DNA from: Octopus bimaculoides
Taxonomy: Eukaryota
Assembly (NCBI RefSeq): GCF_001194135.2
Contig: NC_068995.1
Coordinates: forward strand, 38,303,999 to 38,367,998
DNA: 64,000 bases
Reading direction: 5' to 3'
Shown one piece after another: positions 39,741 through 52,799 of this stretch; position 1 is the stretch's first letter, and every line of letters starts with the position of its first letter. Under the pieces are notes generated by a model, which worked only from the letters and a program-made list of their open reading frames with translations, was not told the DNA's origin and did no database searches. Made by a program: the position numbers and the translations under genes.

Positions 39741-41349
39741 CATTTTTGCTTATTGAAAAGACGACACTACGTTACAACTGAATGTAAACACGTAACTTAA
39801 TTTCATTCTAAACAGAAAATGTATATAACACAAACTATCAATCTTTGAATTATAAAGATCTTGGGCACTTGCATCTACTATACCTAATGGAAATAACATT
39901 CCCGTGAAGTCAAACACTATCTTGAAATGAACAGTGGTATATACATTCAGGAGCTGGTAGAATTAAATAATACTCACGAAAAGGAAATCATATTTCTCAC
40001 TGCTTGTACGAATTTTCTTTGATCACATTTATTCTCAAACATGGTGTATCTCCAGTTAAACAGCAGGAGGGGAAGCAACAAAAACTACAACAAAAACACA
40101 GCTCTCCACTACAAATATGCTTGCATCTAAGATTATATTTGGTTGCAAAACAAGTCTTCACCAAAATGTGTTCGGTTAATCACAACATGTATAAACAGGA
40201 AAATAGAAAATAGTGAACTGTTACATTTGCGAATGTTTTTCCGCTAAGGTATATATATTTATTTAACAATTATTTGATATAACTGCTCAGCAATATTGCA
40301 TTGTTACCGAACTACAATAAGAATTGTGGTTATTTTTGCGCTACTTAATACATTTTTCCTAAAATCAATTCATGTATATCTGTGATTGAACAAATACATA
40401 TATTATACACGTTTCAAATTAAAGAATAATATACATAATTGATCATTACTAGAAAATAACTTTGATTTTCATATCCAGTTTTCGGCAAAACGATTGTTAT
40501 TGCCTTACATTGCTTAATTGCGTGCGTGTTTTCTGAAGTTGTTTTACCTTATGAATCACCAAATAAAATTGATTGAAAATATTTTTACTTCAACAATAAT
40601 TATATTTTTAAACGTATGTGAGATAATTACTTTATATTTAGTTGCTGCATGATATGCAAATTTAAACAGAAAAAATATTTTCTCCTATTTTGCAACATCA
40701 CGATATGATTATATTTACTGCTCGGTTAAACATTCCAGTTATCAACACACTAAATATATTTTGCTTATGAGTAATTGAATTCAGTGTTATACAGCTTCAC
40801 AATATCTAAAAAATTATGTAAAAACATCGTTCGTTATGAATAAAAACAGACAAAATAATACTATCAACATTGTTATTTTATTTCTCATCATCCGTCATTT
40901 TACATTGTTGCAATGTTGGAACAATGCCCTCAAGTTTTAATCAATCTTATCGACATAATACATACTTATATCGGTATTATATATTTCCAAGAATTTTTAT
41001 CGAATCACTAGTTAGAGGAAACAAACTCAACACATAAACGTATGCTAGCATGCATACACATATAAAATATTTATACTTATATACATGCATTCATACATAC
41101 ATATATAAAAGAATCGGCATTCGGAACAAATCCTCTCTAAAAAATTAAATTGAAAAGTGCTCGTCAAATCGAGATTATAGTAAAATTTGGAGTAGAATTG
41201 CAGGCTTATTGAAATTCTAATGCGGTACCTAGCGTATAATCGTATTATAGCACAACATCTAACATTGCTCTTTACACCAATTCATTAAATCAGTCAGAGT
41301 ACCTCTATAATCTTTCGGTATCTTCTATATATAATTGTCAAATTATGTC

Positions 41350-41570
41350 CACTCTATTCTTTTAATCTTTTACTTCTTTCAGTCATTTTTACTGGGGGAA
41401 CCGCCTTGAAAGCTTTTAGTCGAACAAATTGACCTTCAGGCTTATTTATATTTTTTAAAGCCTAGCATTTCTATTCAATTCTTTTGTCGAACCGCTAATT
41501 TCCGGGGGTGTAAACACACCAACACTGCTTGTGAAGCAGTATTTGGAGTACAAGCACAGACAAAAAGACA
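41350..41570 (-). mobile_element. SINE 3' body (same family as 7205-7588)
   Basis: CTTTTACTTCTTTCAGTCATTT...AAACACACCAACAC shared with 7205-7400. Confidence 0.65.
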
Positions 41571-41639
41571 CATACATATGTATTATAATGCTGCATTAGA
41601 AAGGTCCAACTTCAAGAATAAGACATACTACATTATTTA

Positions 41640-41885
41640 CATTACTTACAATTAATGGATATTTGTCCTCATCTTGTTTGTTGTAAACACAACGTTTCGG
41701 CTAATATACCCTCCAGTCTTCATCAGGTGTCTTGTGGAAATTTTAAACCTGGGTTCTCATTCCTAAGACATTTTTCGATGTTATTAATATTATTACTATT
41801 ATCATTGAAGTCACTGCCTGGAATTGAACTCGGAGAATTGTGGTTAGTAGCCCGCGCTCTTAACCACTATGCCATATGCCCGTGG
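41640..41885 (-). mobile_element. tRNA-derived SINE (third head type)
   Basis: Minus-strand TGGCATAGTGG (A box) and GAGTTCAATTCC (B box) with no complete acceptor stem. Confidence 0.65.
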
Positions 41886-41996
41886 GCATGTAAATATGAT
41901 GATGATGATGATGATGATGATGCCATAAATAGTAGATAGATAGATAAATAGATTGATAGATAGATTGACATACAGACAGGAATGCAGAGAGATAAT

Positions 41997-42057
<61 letters not shown>

Positions 42058-42632
42058 GCACAGTGTTATTTTGTTTAAATGCACTATAAACCCATTCACA
42101 ACGTGTCACCCAACCCATGAGTATAGTCGTAGGCATCACTCATATATATTTTAGCAGTGCGATCAAACACGACACGGAATAAGAAAACAAGATATGAACG
42201 ACGCCTCCCTGATAGCTTCTGCTGTTCAATATATAGCATTAAATATTTATCAATAAAGTGAGTAATTATTCTTATTTCTAACCATATATGACGAGAAGAC
42301 ATCGGCGTGCCTATTCACGTTTAACAATATGAGACGGTGTTTTAAACGGTACATGATATATCATTAAAAAGAAACGATGGACAATAATAACACAAAAACT
42401 GACATTACAAGCATAAGATTTTACTTTACGTGTAATGAATCATTAATCGATAAGTGTAATCTTCTATTACATCAAGTGATTGTAGTGTTTTCCAATATGT
42501 ACGCGAAATTTAAAACATTTGACATGTTTGGGCTTGATACAAATACATAAGTAGATGTACACAGAATGAAGGAAAAGGTGTCAAGAAAAATGAGAAAACG
42601 ACAGTCGTAGGCTAGCATGACTAGCAGACTTG

Positions 42633-42667
42633 TATTTAAGGGCGTTAATGTTTCACAGTCGTCATTT
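42633..42667 (+). promoter_or_regulatory. Putative core promoter of CR-C (TATA-like TATTTAAG plus Inr TCATTT)
   Basis: TATTTAAG at 42633; the A of TCATTT (42664) is 31 nt downstream, canonical TATA-Inr spacing. TGTATTTAAGGGC is shared with the CR-D upstream region. Confidence 0.5.
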
Positions 42668-43049
42668 TTCTCTTCACACCTACACTGATACGGAGATGAT
42701 CTACACGGCTACATGTACACGAAGACCAGTATATAGGGCACGGTATGCTGAATTAAAAAAAACTATTTTCGTTTGAATTTAAAAATATAGACTGCAACGT
42801 AAGGTATTTCGAACTGTTTCAATTTAAATGTTCTTATTTAGATTTGTGGAGCAATTGTTTTGAACACCTCATGTCTATTAAAATACTCTAACGAGTATAA
42901 TAACAAGAAGAAAAAAAAGAAGTTACTCATCAAATTCCCTGATGTGTTTCGTATATATAGATGAAATATATCTAACTATGTAATATATAGTCAAACTTCA
43001 GAAATTGAGCGCAAGAATAAAAGGGAATATTTTCATTTAATCAAGAAAC

Positions 43050-44195
43050 ATGAAATTAATAGCTGTCTTAATTTTTACGTTAATTGGAAGCATTTCGTCC
43101 AAGAGAAGCGCACTCCGAGATATGTTATTAAAGAAGTACGATAAAACAAAGAGACCAGTTGAATACGATGATGACATCCTATACGCAAATGTATCACTTA
43201 CTCTAAAGAAAATTATAGAATTAGATATTCTAAAAGGTGACATCGCAAGTAATCTTATACTCGGCTTCGAATGGAACGACGTTAATCTGAAATGGACTGA
43301 TTCACAATATAATATAAGTTACATAAATGTCAAATTAAGTGATGTATGGTATCCTAACATACAAATATGTAATAGTGTAACAGGTAAATTTAGTTTTGAT
43401 GATAACAAGGAAGTAACAGTAAATAGGAACGGAGACGTTAACTTATATATAGACAAAATATTCGAAACTTACTGCAGGATTAACGTTGAAAAATACCCTT
43501 TTGATGAACACGAATGTGATATATCTGTTTGCTTTGAGCATCAGATGTATGTGGAAGAAACAGTGGGGGAATTTGATTACGAAGTAAAACTCCAATCTGC
43601 ATCCAATCAATGGGACTTTAATTTTGAAAAATCTGACGTTGAAAATGATAATATTGTAGCAGTTGGTTTTATAATTTACGGCAAGAGAAAAGTTAGCAGT
43701 GCAACAATAACTAAAATTATACCTCCAATAATGTTAACATTATTGGTCCTTTCTGTCCATTTACTGCCACCTGAATCTGGAGAGAAAGTTTCTGTTGCAA
43801 TCACTGTTTTTCTTACAAATATCGTTTTCCTTTCTGAAACTGAAAAAATATTGGGTAATAATTCTCAAGACGCCTCCATATATCTAATGTATCTCTTAAT
43901 TCTGACACTTGTCAGCGGATGTTCTTCTGTTTTCTCGATAATAGTGTGTAAATTGTATGCGAACCAGACTGGAGCCAACACCAATTCAGCTCCCGAAATT
44001 ACTCAAGAATCAAATGGACAAAGAAATAGAGTTGGTGTCTCAGAAATTTCAGACGAACAAAATATTAAAATAACAGCTACAAAGCCTTGTAAAAAGCATT
44101 TATTAACCTATAAGAAACTGGACCAAATAATTTTGTTAATAATTGTTATATTTCTACTACTCTTTATCATTATTTCTGTGTCGACGTCTTCGTAG
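43050..44195 (+). CDS. Chemotactile-receptor-like Cys-loop ion channel subunit (CR-C), single coding exon, 381 aa
   Basis: Signal peptide MKLIAVLIFTLIGSISS; WYPNIQICN; Cys-loop CRINVEKYPFDEHEC (Cys codons 43473 and 43515); LPPESGEKVS; four TM segments; collinear paralogue of CR-B and CR-D. Confidence 0.95.
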   Translation: MKLIAVLIFTLIGSISSKRSALRDMLLKKYDKTKRPVEYDDDILYANVSLTLKKIIELDILKGDIASNLILGFEWNDVNLKWTDSQYNISYINVKLSDVWYPNIQICNSVTGKFSFDDNKEVTVNRNGDVNLYIDKIFETYCRINVEKYPFDEHECDISVCFEHQMYVEETVGEFDYEVKLQSASNQWDFNFEKSDVENDNIVAVGFIIYGKRKVSSATITKIIPPIMLTLLVLSVHLLPPESGEKVSVAITVFLTNIVFLSETEKILGNNSQDASIYLMYLLILTLVSGCSSVFSIIVCKLYANQTGANTNSAPEITQESNGQRNRVGVSEISDEQNIKITATKPCKKHLLTYKKLDQIILLIIVIFLLLFIIISVSTSS

Positions 44196-45982
44196 TAGTA
44201 ATAAAAAATGAAACTACCATTATTTTCACTGTGTACGACAAGTTTTGAAATAGTAACTAATATAATAATATTTTCTGTATCACAAATTAGAAACCTTAGA
44301 AATGATAGTAAACAACAAATATTAAAGCCACAACGGATGCCATTATTTCTATATTTCGCCTCTGAATGATTGAAATCCACGCAATCTCGCGTATTTAGAG
44401 TATTTCCGCATTGTTTACGGAGCTTTCCTGTAAAACTTCCGAATGAGTTTTATAAGGACATTGACACATAATCTTTCAACTACTCTTTTGAACTATATAC
44501 CATGCATAGAATGAAATCATAACATCGAGAATCAAAATATAAAGAGAATGAAAAAGGAACGACGTAAAAGATACGCAACTCTGTCATTTGATTTTATCAC
44601 AATTAGTTTTCTCGAGAACGTATAGAAATATCTGCTTCTTTTGTGAAGGCACAAATCTTTTATACTTCCATATTCAGAGATGTAAATAGTGAAGTGCATT
44701 GTGTTTTAAATTCATTGCATATGTTCTTTGTGTAAAACTGGTACTTGGAACTGTCCATTTGTTTACACTCTATACAATTATTAGATTTTGAAATTGCTGA
44801 GAAAATGGAATTTAAGACACTACATTCTATTCGTAAATTTACACAGGAAATCGGAGATAGTGTGGAGTTTGTTAAAAAAAAATCGGCAACCTACATCTAC
44901 GAATTCTCTTTTGAAAGACAGATAGAGGAATGTTAACATCAAACTCATGGTATTGGACCTGAGAAAGTAATACTATCATATCTATCAGCAATTTAATTAT
45001 ACTTTCTTCTATTGATTGTCCTTTGCAAAACGTTGAAACATCCTTTTCTACGATTTATACTTTCGATGTTTTTGCTATCGCACCCATAAAGCAACAGTTT
45101 TGATATATCATTGGGTGCCGTTTTAGTGATGGGTATGTGTGTGTATGCGCATACTGACTTATGTATATGATTTCTTGTGCTGCTTTTAAATTTCTTCTCA
45201 CATAACATTAAAGAAATAGTAATATTAAAGTCTTATTGAAATTGATTTTACTGTAATAAGTATATTAAATTTCTACCCTTCTCTCTACATTGGCTGCATT
45301 ATTAACTTTTCTTCCATTATCATTTTCATGTTACTGTTTTCTGTTTTTACATTTCCTTTCATATAATCAAACAACTCTATGCGCTTTACAGACTCTCTCA
45401 TCTCACAGAATATTATCTTTGTACCACTGTTGTATTGTAAATATTTTGTTCCTTATTCTTGTCTCAATCTTTTCTCCCACTTATCTAACACCATTATTTC
45501 ATTGTTTGCTATTATTTTTTATAGGGAAATTCCATACAATATTGTCTCACTCACTACACCCACATAGCTTTACATTTTGGTTGTACCCCTTCTGAACGCA
45601 TCTACAACAAATGACATATCCACCACGACCTTAGAATAACACACACGCAAATATTAAAAATGATAAACTCTAAAGAGATACTCAAGGAATTATATAAAAA
45701 ATATATATTTATATAAAAACAACCCTAACCACTGCTCACTCGACTAGATACTAACACACTATCTTCTTCTCCGTCGTCTTCTTCGTCTTCTTCTTCATTT
45801 CTACCACCTCCTCCCTTACTTTATTACTACTACTGATGTTTAGGATAACACCTTCGCAAATATTATAAACAATATATTTAAAAGGGATTTCTCAAGAATT
45901 CAAATCACTACTCCCATCAACAATAGGTCACTCTGCTACTATCATAGCGCTCCCGTTTCTTCTTCTTCTTCTTCTTCTTCTT

Positions 45983-46013
<31 letters not shown>

Positions 46014-48259
46014 GCCAAGAATTCACAACGACCTCGAACCCACAAGAGTTAAGAGAAATGGAGACAGACAGAAACAAGGAAAATGCCTCTGGTATTTGAA
46101 TACTATGCAAAGATGTTTTTAAAAAGTCTTTTCATTTAAATTTGCCAAAATTTAACTTTTCCAGAATTTGTGATCCATATTTATAGTTGAAAACTTCGCA
46201 AGGATCGAAACCGGTACTGATATGTTTTTTATAAAAGTATTTTAGCATTTTCTACGTTGACTTTTTTCCNNNNNNNNNNNNNNNNNNNNNNNNNNNNNNN
46301 NNNNNNNNNNNNNNNNNNNNNNNNNNNNNNNNNNNNNNNNNNNNNNNNNNNNNNNNNNNNNNNNNNNNNNNNNNNNNNNNNNNNNNNNNNNNNNNNNNNN
46401 NNNNNNNNNNNNNNNNNNNNNNNNNNNNNNNNNNNNNNNNNNNNNNNNNNNNNNNNNNNNNNNNNNNNNNNNNNNNNNNNNNNNNNNNNNNNNNNNNNNN
46501 NNNAAATAGAGACATATATATACATACATATATATTTATATATGTAGATGTGCATATAAATACATACATATATATATATACATACATACACAAATATATA
46601 TATGTATATATATATATGTATATATATATTTCCCTGGCTATCGCCAAGCAAACACGGGAAATTACTTCGTCCCGCTTTCAGTCCGTGCCTCACAGCGTTC
46701 ATATACACATAATTTTTCACGTCTGGCCGCATAGCCTTTTCCGTTTGTTTTCCTGTCTTGTTTTCTGTCCGCCACTACATTCCTCCATGGCACAGGTTTA
46801 ATTTGTGTATACAAATTTATTTGCGGTCCATGGGAAGAGCCATTTTAACGATGCGTCGTGCCCAACTCTTCGAAACGCCGGTGTTAAAATGGGGATAGCC
46901 GATGAAGGAATATGTTCTCTATGTGGCTTGTGTGTTTTCTGTACTCTGGTTATTATTATTTTCTTGTGTACGTTTTGTTTGCAATGTCCTGTACCCAGAT
47001 ATGCACCTATATATACAGGTAGACGTAGGTATGCACATACCTGTACGTATATATGCATACACTCATTTGTTATTTGTATTTTATATATATATACGTATAT
47101 ATATAAAGTGAATTGGTAAGGTACCGAGTACCGTATGAGGGAAAATATATATGAAAGAAGGTTTGTAAATGCAATTCCAAAGTTGTTTATTGACTTGACC
47201 GGTTTCACTTTTTTAGAAAATGATTGTCAAATGTAAAATGTAAAGCTGTGTTGTGTTAAGTACTGGTTATGACTAAATTATTAAAATACAGTTATACATT
47301 CTTTGATAATAAGAAGAAAACGTTAAAAGTAGTTTACAAGAAAATATTTAAGAAAGTATTCAACAAAAAGTATTATGAGTTCAATAAAAATCATGTTTGA
47401 TTGGTAGTATATATATTCACAGAAGGAGCTATATTTAAGAATTTACAAAATTTTGGAGAGCAATTGACCTGTCTTTCTGACATTTTCTGTCTTGTGTGAG
47501 GCTAAGAAATGTTTGCTATTTTAAGGGACAGTATGGGAAGTTGGTCAGGGGAGGAGGAAGGAAGAGCAATGTTGAATCAGAAGGATTCTTTTTGTTTCTG
47601 GGATAGTTTGTCATGGGTCAGTGGTTTTTGAGACTGGTCTTAGAGGTCAGAATTGTGTGAGTGCGTTTGTGTGTATGTGCACATCTCTATGTGTGTGTGT
47701 ATATACATGTGCTTGCGTTTGTGTGTGCGGGATATTTTTGATTGGTCCCAGAGTTTATATGGGTCTGTGTGTGTTTTATATTTGGTAGGATGATGTGTGT
47801 ATATGTGTACACGTTTGTGTGTGTGTGTCTGTGTGTATGTATGTGATTAGTATTTGTCAGAGCAGTGTGTGTGCATGTGTGCGTCTGTGTTTGTTCGCGT
47901 GTGTGTATCTGTGCGTCTGTGTGTGCATGTGTATGTTTATGTGTTTTGTGTTGGTGGGGATGCTATGTGTGTGTACGTGAGAGTGTGTGTGTCCCTGTCT
48001 GGGTATGTTTGTGTTGTTATAATTGTCCTTGTGTTGCGCGCATGTGCGAACAACTGTATGTGTGTGGGTGTGGGTGTGCATGTGCATGTGTTTGTGAACG
48101 TTTTGTATTTTTCAGGGGATCTGTGTCTGTCCGTGTGTGCTAGTTTATCCGGGTGGAGTGTATGTGTGTGTGTGTGCGTGTACGTTCTGTGCATGTTGGT
48201 ACTGAGTATGCGTTTGTGTGTGAGTCCATATATGTGGGTATGGTTTATGTAGTTTCCTG

Positions 48260-48318
<59 letters not shown>

Positions 48319-49089
48319 AGTTGTGAGTGATTTGCTTTGTTTGTATTGTTAGTGCAGTGTGTGTATACGTGTGGGTGTGTTTGTGTGAGTATGTCTGTGT
48401 GTTGTTTTTGTCGGGGAGGTGTGTGTTATTGTGTGTGCATGTTTGTGCGTTATTGTGTGTGAATGCTTGTGTGTATGTGTGTATGTTTGTGTGTTTGTGA
48501 GTGTTTGTTGTGATTGTTGGCTTTGTATTGGGTTATATGTGTGAGTTTTTTTTTCTTTTGAGTGTGTGTGTGAATTTTACTGGGGAACGGCCTATTGTGT
48601 TTGTATGTGTGTACATATGTATATATGGGTGTGTGTTTGTGTGGGTTGTTTTGTATTTGCGTGGTAGTGTGTGTATCTGTGTATATGTGGGTATATTTCT
48701 GCGAATGTGATTCGTAATTGTCAGGGTGCGTTTGTAGGTGCGTGCATGTACGTGTTTATGTATCTGTGTATGTATGTGTGGGTGTTGATTATGGTTGCTA
48801 GAACGTATTACAAGTCTATATATGTATGTATTTTTTCTTGGAATATGTATGAGTTTGTGGTCTAGTGTGGGGATATTGTGTTTGTGCGTATGTGTGTTTG
48901 TTTGCGGGGGAGATTTGCATTGTATCTGTGTGTTCGTGATTTTCTACATCTGTATGTGTTTCTTTGTGTGTTTGTTGTTTGTGTGTACCTGGCGGGGGGG
49001 GGGGGGGGGGTTTAGAAAAGGTTGAGTTGTGGTCTGTATTTTTGAATAAGATTATTTTCCCTATCTTATGGTGTTTGGTCAGTGGTGTT

Positions 49090-49830
49090 GTGAGATCCCT
49101 GATACATGTCTGCAGGTATTATTATTAAAATTTAAAAAGTTGTTTTGTAGGATAAACTTAAGGCCCCCGATGAAAAATTCTTTTTCTATTCTTTCCGGGA
49201 CCTCATTGGGGTATTTTTCTAGCCAGAATTTAATGACGTCCAGTCCATATTGATGTGGGGTCGTAGTGTAAAGCTATATAACATCAAAGGAGACAATGAA
49301 AATGTCTTTATTGGTATGTTTGGGGAGATGATTTAGTAGGTTCAGGTCATACTATACCTAGTATGAGTTTGAGTATTGGTTTTAAGAGGATATCATATCG
49401 ATACAGTTGCTTAATCTGTGTGTTTCACAGTTTGGGCCTGCCACAATTGGTTTCAGTTTAAGATCAGTAGGATGTGGTAAAGTGATGCATGTTTTAGTGG
49501 ACTTTTTGCAAGCTTCGGTAACTATTTTGCTCTTGTGGATATTTGGAAGCCCGTAGAGGATGCTGGTATGGCAATTAAAATTTGTTAGGTAGTAGCATAA
49601 GTTTGCCATTAAGTTATTTCGATATTGGCAAATGAGTGCGTTTAATTTGGTAATTGTTTTTGATTGTTGATAGTTGACTACCGTTTCAAAGTAGGTAGTA
49701 TCTTGTAAGAGGTGAGATACAGAGTTTTTATATTGTTCAGTATCCATAATGACAAAAGTACTATCCTTATCTGCTTCCTCTATTGTGATGTCATGATTGT
49801 TTCGTAACTCATAGATGATTTCCTATTCCC
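49090..49830 (-). mobile_element. Penelope-like element reverse transcriptase fragment
   Basis: EADKDSTFVIMD..Y, LYGLPNIHK, LKPIVAG, VSFDVIALYTTIPH and FILQNNF are typical PLE RT motifs. Confidence 0.88.
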
Positions 49831-49961
49831 TTTAACGGGTATTGGGTTTGGGTTTAGATTGTGAAAGTTCATTAAAAATAAGCAAGCGCTTGACGGTTTT
49901 ATAGCGATTTCAAAAATATGATGCTATGATGCTAGCTGTTTCCATTATTTTGTCCAACCCC

Positions 49962-49992
<31 letters not shown>

Positions 49993-50123
49993 NNNNNNNN
50001 NNNNNNNNNNNNNNNNNNNNNNNNNNNNNNNNNNNNNNNNNNNNNNNNNNNNNNNNNNNNNNNNNNNNNNNNNNNNNNNNNNNNNNNNNNNNNNNNNNNN
50101 NNNNNNNNNNNNNNNNNNNNNNN

Positions 50124-50185
<62 letters not shown>

Positions 50186-50883
50186 AAGTTACCACATCTG
50201 CTTAGCACTATTCATATCCTGAACAATTAGAATAATCATGGATATTAATGCACAACATATCGATTTTTCATTGCAATAATGAATGTCTTTTTTAACTATA
50301 AATCATTCATATATTTGTTACTTTATATTTGCACAAACATATTTTAATAGGGTCTTCAAAATAAATTGATTTTCTTGTACAACGTGTCACGGGGACGTTT
50401 TTATCTATTTTATATCAATATTCCACTTTTTCTTTCTTTTTTTGTCAAAGTTATATCACTTTTCAGTTCTGAAAGGGGACGTAAAAGATATGTACAACAT
50501 TATTAGATTTATACATAATATCTCATATTTTAAGAACAATCTATTTTCAGATATCTATAACATATTGTATTTTTCCAGTCATAATTTTTAAAAGAGGCAC
50601 AAAATGAAATAAAATGAAATAAGACCAAATGAAACAACTGAATAAAATTTGCAAAACTTTCATAAATACAAAATAACATTAAAATATTAAATTTATCTCC
50701 GAACATAAATGTTTGAATGGTGAGAGCTTGAGTAAAGTTAAATAGAGCATACGATTTGCAGCGGTTAAAGATGGTGTCCATTTCATGTATGCGTGTGCGT
50801 TTTAAGTATGTATGTATGTATGTATGTATGTATGTATGTATGTATACATGCAAGTGTGCATGTATGTATGTGTGAATGCATGC

Positions 50884-50940
<57 letters not shown>

Positions 50941-52772
50941 ATACGTACACACACACATTCTTTGAGACAGAAACGATGGCCACATTGACGTCAATAGTAT
51001 GTTTTCAGTAATAATACCAGAAGCAGCATATTGTTCGCTAAGTTACGTTCACGCAGTATAAGTACTAGTCAACATAGCCATAGGAATAATAAGAAACATA
51101 GGAGAAGCGGCAATAGCTGTTAAACGAAAGTTGATAAGAAATGAAACTTTAGAACATTTGATAAATGATCATGGAATTGTTATCGGGTGAGTTATAATGT
51201 GGTATGTAAATACACCGTACATATTTGATAAAACAACTCTACTATAATTAATATAGTTTGATTGGCAGACTTTAAGAGAATTTTCTTTATTATATATTGG
51301 GTCATTATCACCTACGAAGAGGAAGAATTCCACTGTCTTAGCCAGCCACCTTCCTTTGAGATATTAATTATTATAACAAAAACTGTAAAGAAGTGACTGG
51401 ACTTCCTTTCATCTTTATTGCAATAAATCCACTGAGATTCCAAGTATAAATTCACACTCTCTTTTGTAGCGACAAGAAGATGCTGTCATCTTATGCAGAT
51501 ATTATTACTTTCAATTATTTATTGTTCATCATTAATAGATGTGTTCGACTCGACTGATATATCCACATATTTTTTATCATTTTTATTATTTATCTGTTTC
51601 TTAAGCTTATACTTAGCATTATCTATCATCTCACCTTATGCTTGTAGTCCTGTTGAGCTTAATTTGTTATTATGTAATATGTATGTACAAGATTATATTT
51701 TTTATGGTTCTGTAATGTCTTCTAGTACCATCTTTTAAACTCCACTAAAATTAGAGCATCTTAAGTTGCATTTACATTCACTTAACCTTCAGTTAAGTTC
51801 GTCTCGTTTTGGCACACTTGGGTGGTATCCAAAAATTTAGCAGCAAAATTTCACTCAGGACTATATTCTGCTGGTGACTGAATAAGTCTTGCTAGTCATG
51901 CTCATCCCTCTCTTTCTAACCCTTATGCTTCTTAAAACTCTACTTGTTACGAAGTAAATCTCTTGTCTGTTGTTTTTCTTCTACTAACAAAATCCATGTA
52001 ATTTCATCCCATTCCGATCTTCCATACATTGTAAATTTAAAGAGTGATCTAACCATGTTTAGGTGACCTAAATTTTCAATGGCCAGATAACTGAAGAGAT
52101 GGCGGCGTGGGTTTCTGCCCCGGCATCTGAAACTCGGAGTCTTATCATGGCTACCAAATAATTGTAACATAGCTTTACCGATATATCTATATATATATAT
52201 ATATATATTTATAAATATAATTAAGGGATCAGCAGATATTTGCTTCACCATATACCGAAGTTCAGAAATAGCAGCTAAAAAAGCTGAGAATCCCACAGAT
52301 AGCATCAGTTGTAACTCACAAAGGCAAAAACAAGAAGAAAAAACAATGAAAACTAACCAATTCCGATGTTTAACAGTAAACGCGTTTCTAGATCATGATT
52401 GATAATAATCAATTTCCTTCATCAGTACTGTATTCCAGTAGTAAATTCGACTATGCTAGCAAACCGTGTAAGCATGGACTAGTAACTTTCGACACCGACA
52501 CAGGTCTGAAAGCATAACCGAATCCACCTCGGTCAGCCAGTCCAACTGTCCTTCCCTCAAGAAATTACCATGTGCGCGACAAGTGATATCGCAGAGAATC
52601 TGCGTACCCTTTTAATTTGTAAAAATTGATAATCCTTTACCCTTTTAATTTGTAATAATTGTATATATATATATATATATAGGNNNNNNNNNNNNNNNNC
52701 AAAAAACAACAACGTGAGGACGTGACACAGATTGTGTTACTAGACACTGGGGAAAGGAAAGCGAGAGAATAT

Positions 52773-52799
52773 GACGTTTCGAGCGGAGCTCTTCGTCGG
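52773..52799 (-). ncRNA. Penelope-type minimal hammerhead-like motif
   Basis: Minus strand CCGACGA-A-GAGC-TCC-GCTC-GAAA-CG-TC: 4-bp stem II, palindromic ACGT stem III and a GUC triplet. Stem I pairing is poor. Confidence 0.4.

Noticed and set aside
41815-41885. Possible tRNA gene
   Set aside because: It has A and B boxes but no acceptor stem and an implausible anticodon, and it continues into a repeat body. It is a SINE head; the same applies to 7520-7588.
47640-49020. GT-rich low-complexity tracts (also 52940-54080) as coding or structured RNA
   Set aside because: Degenerate (GT)n expansions associated with retroelement remnants; no consistent period or protein signal.
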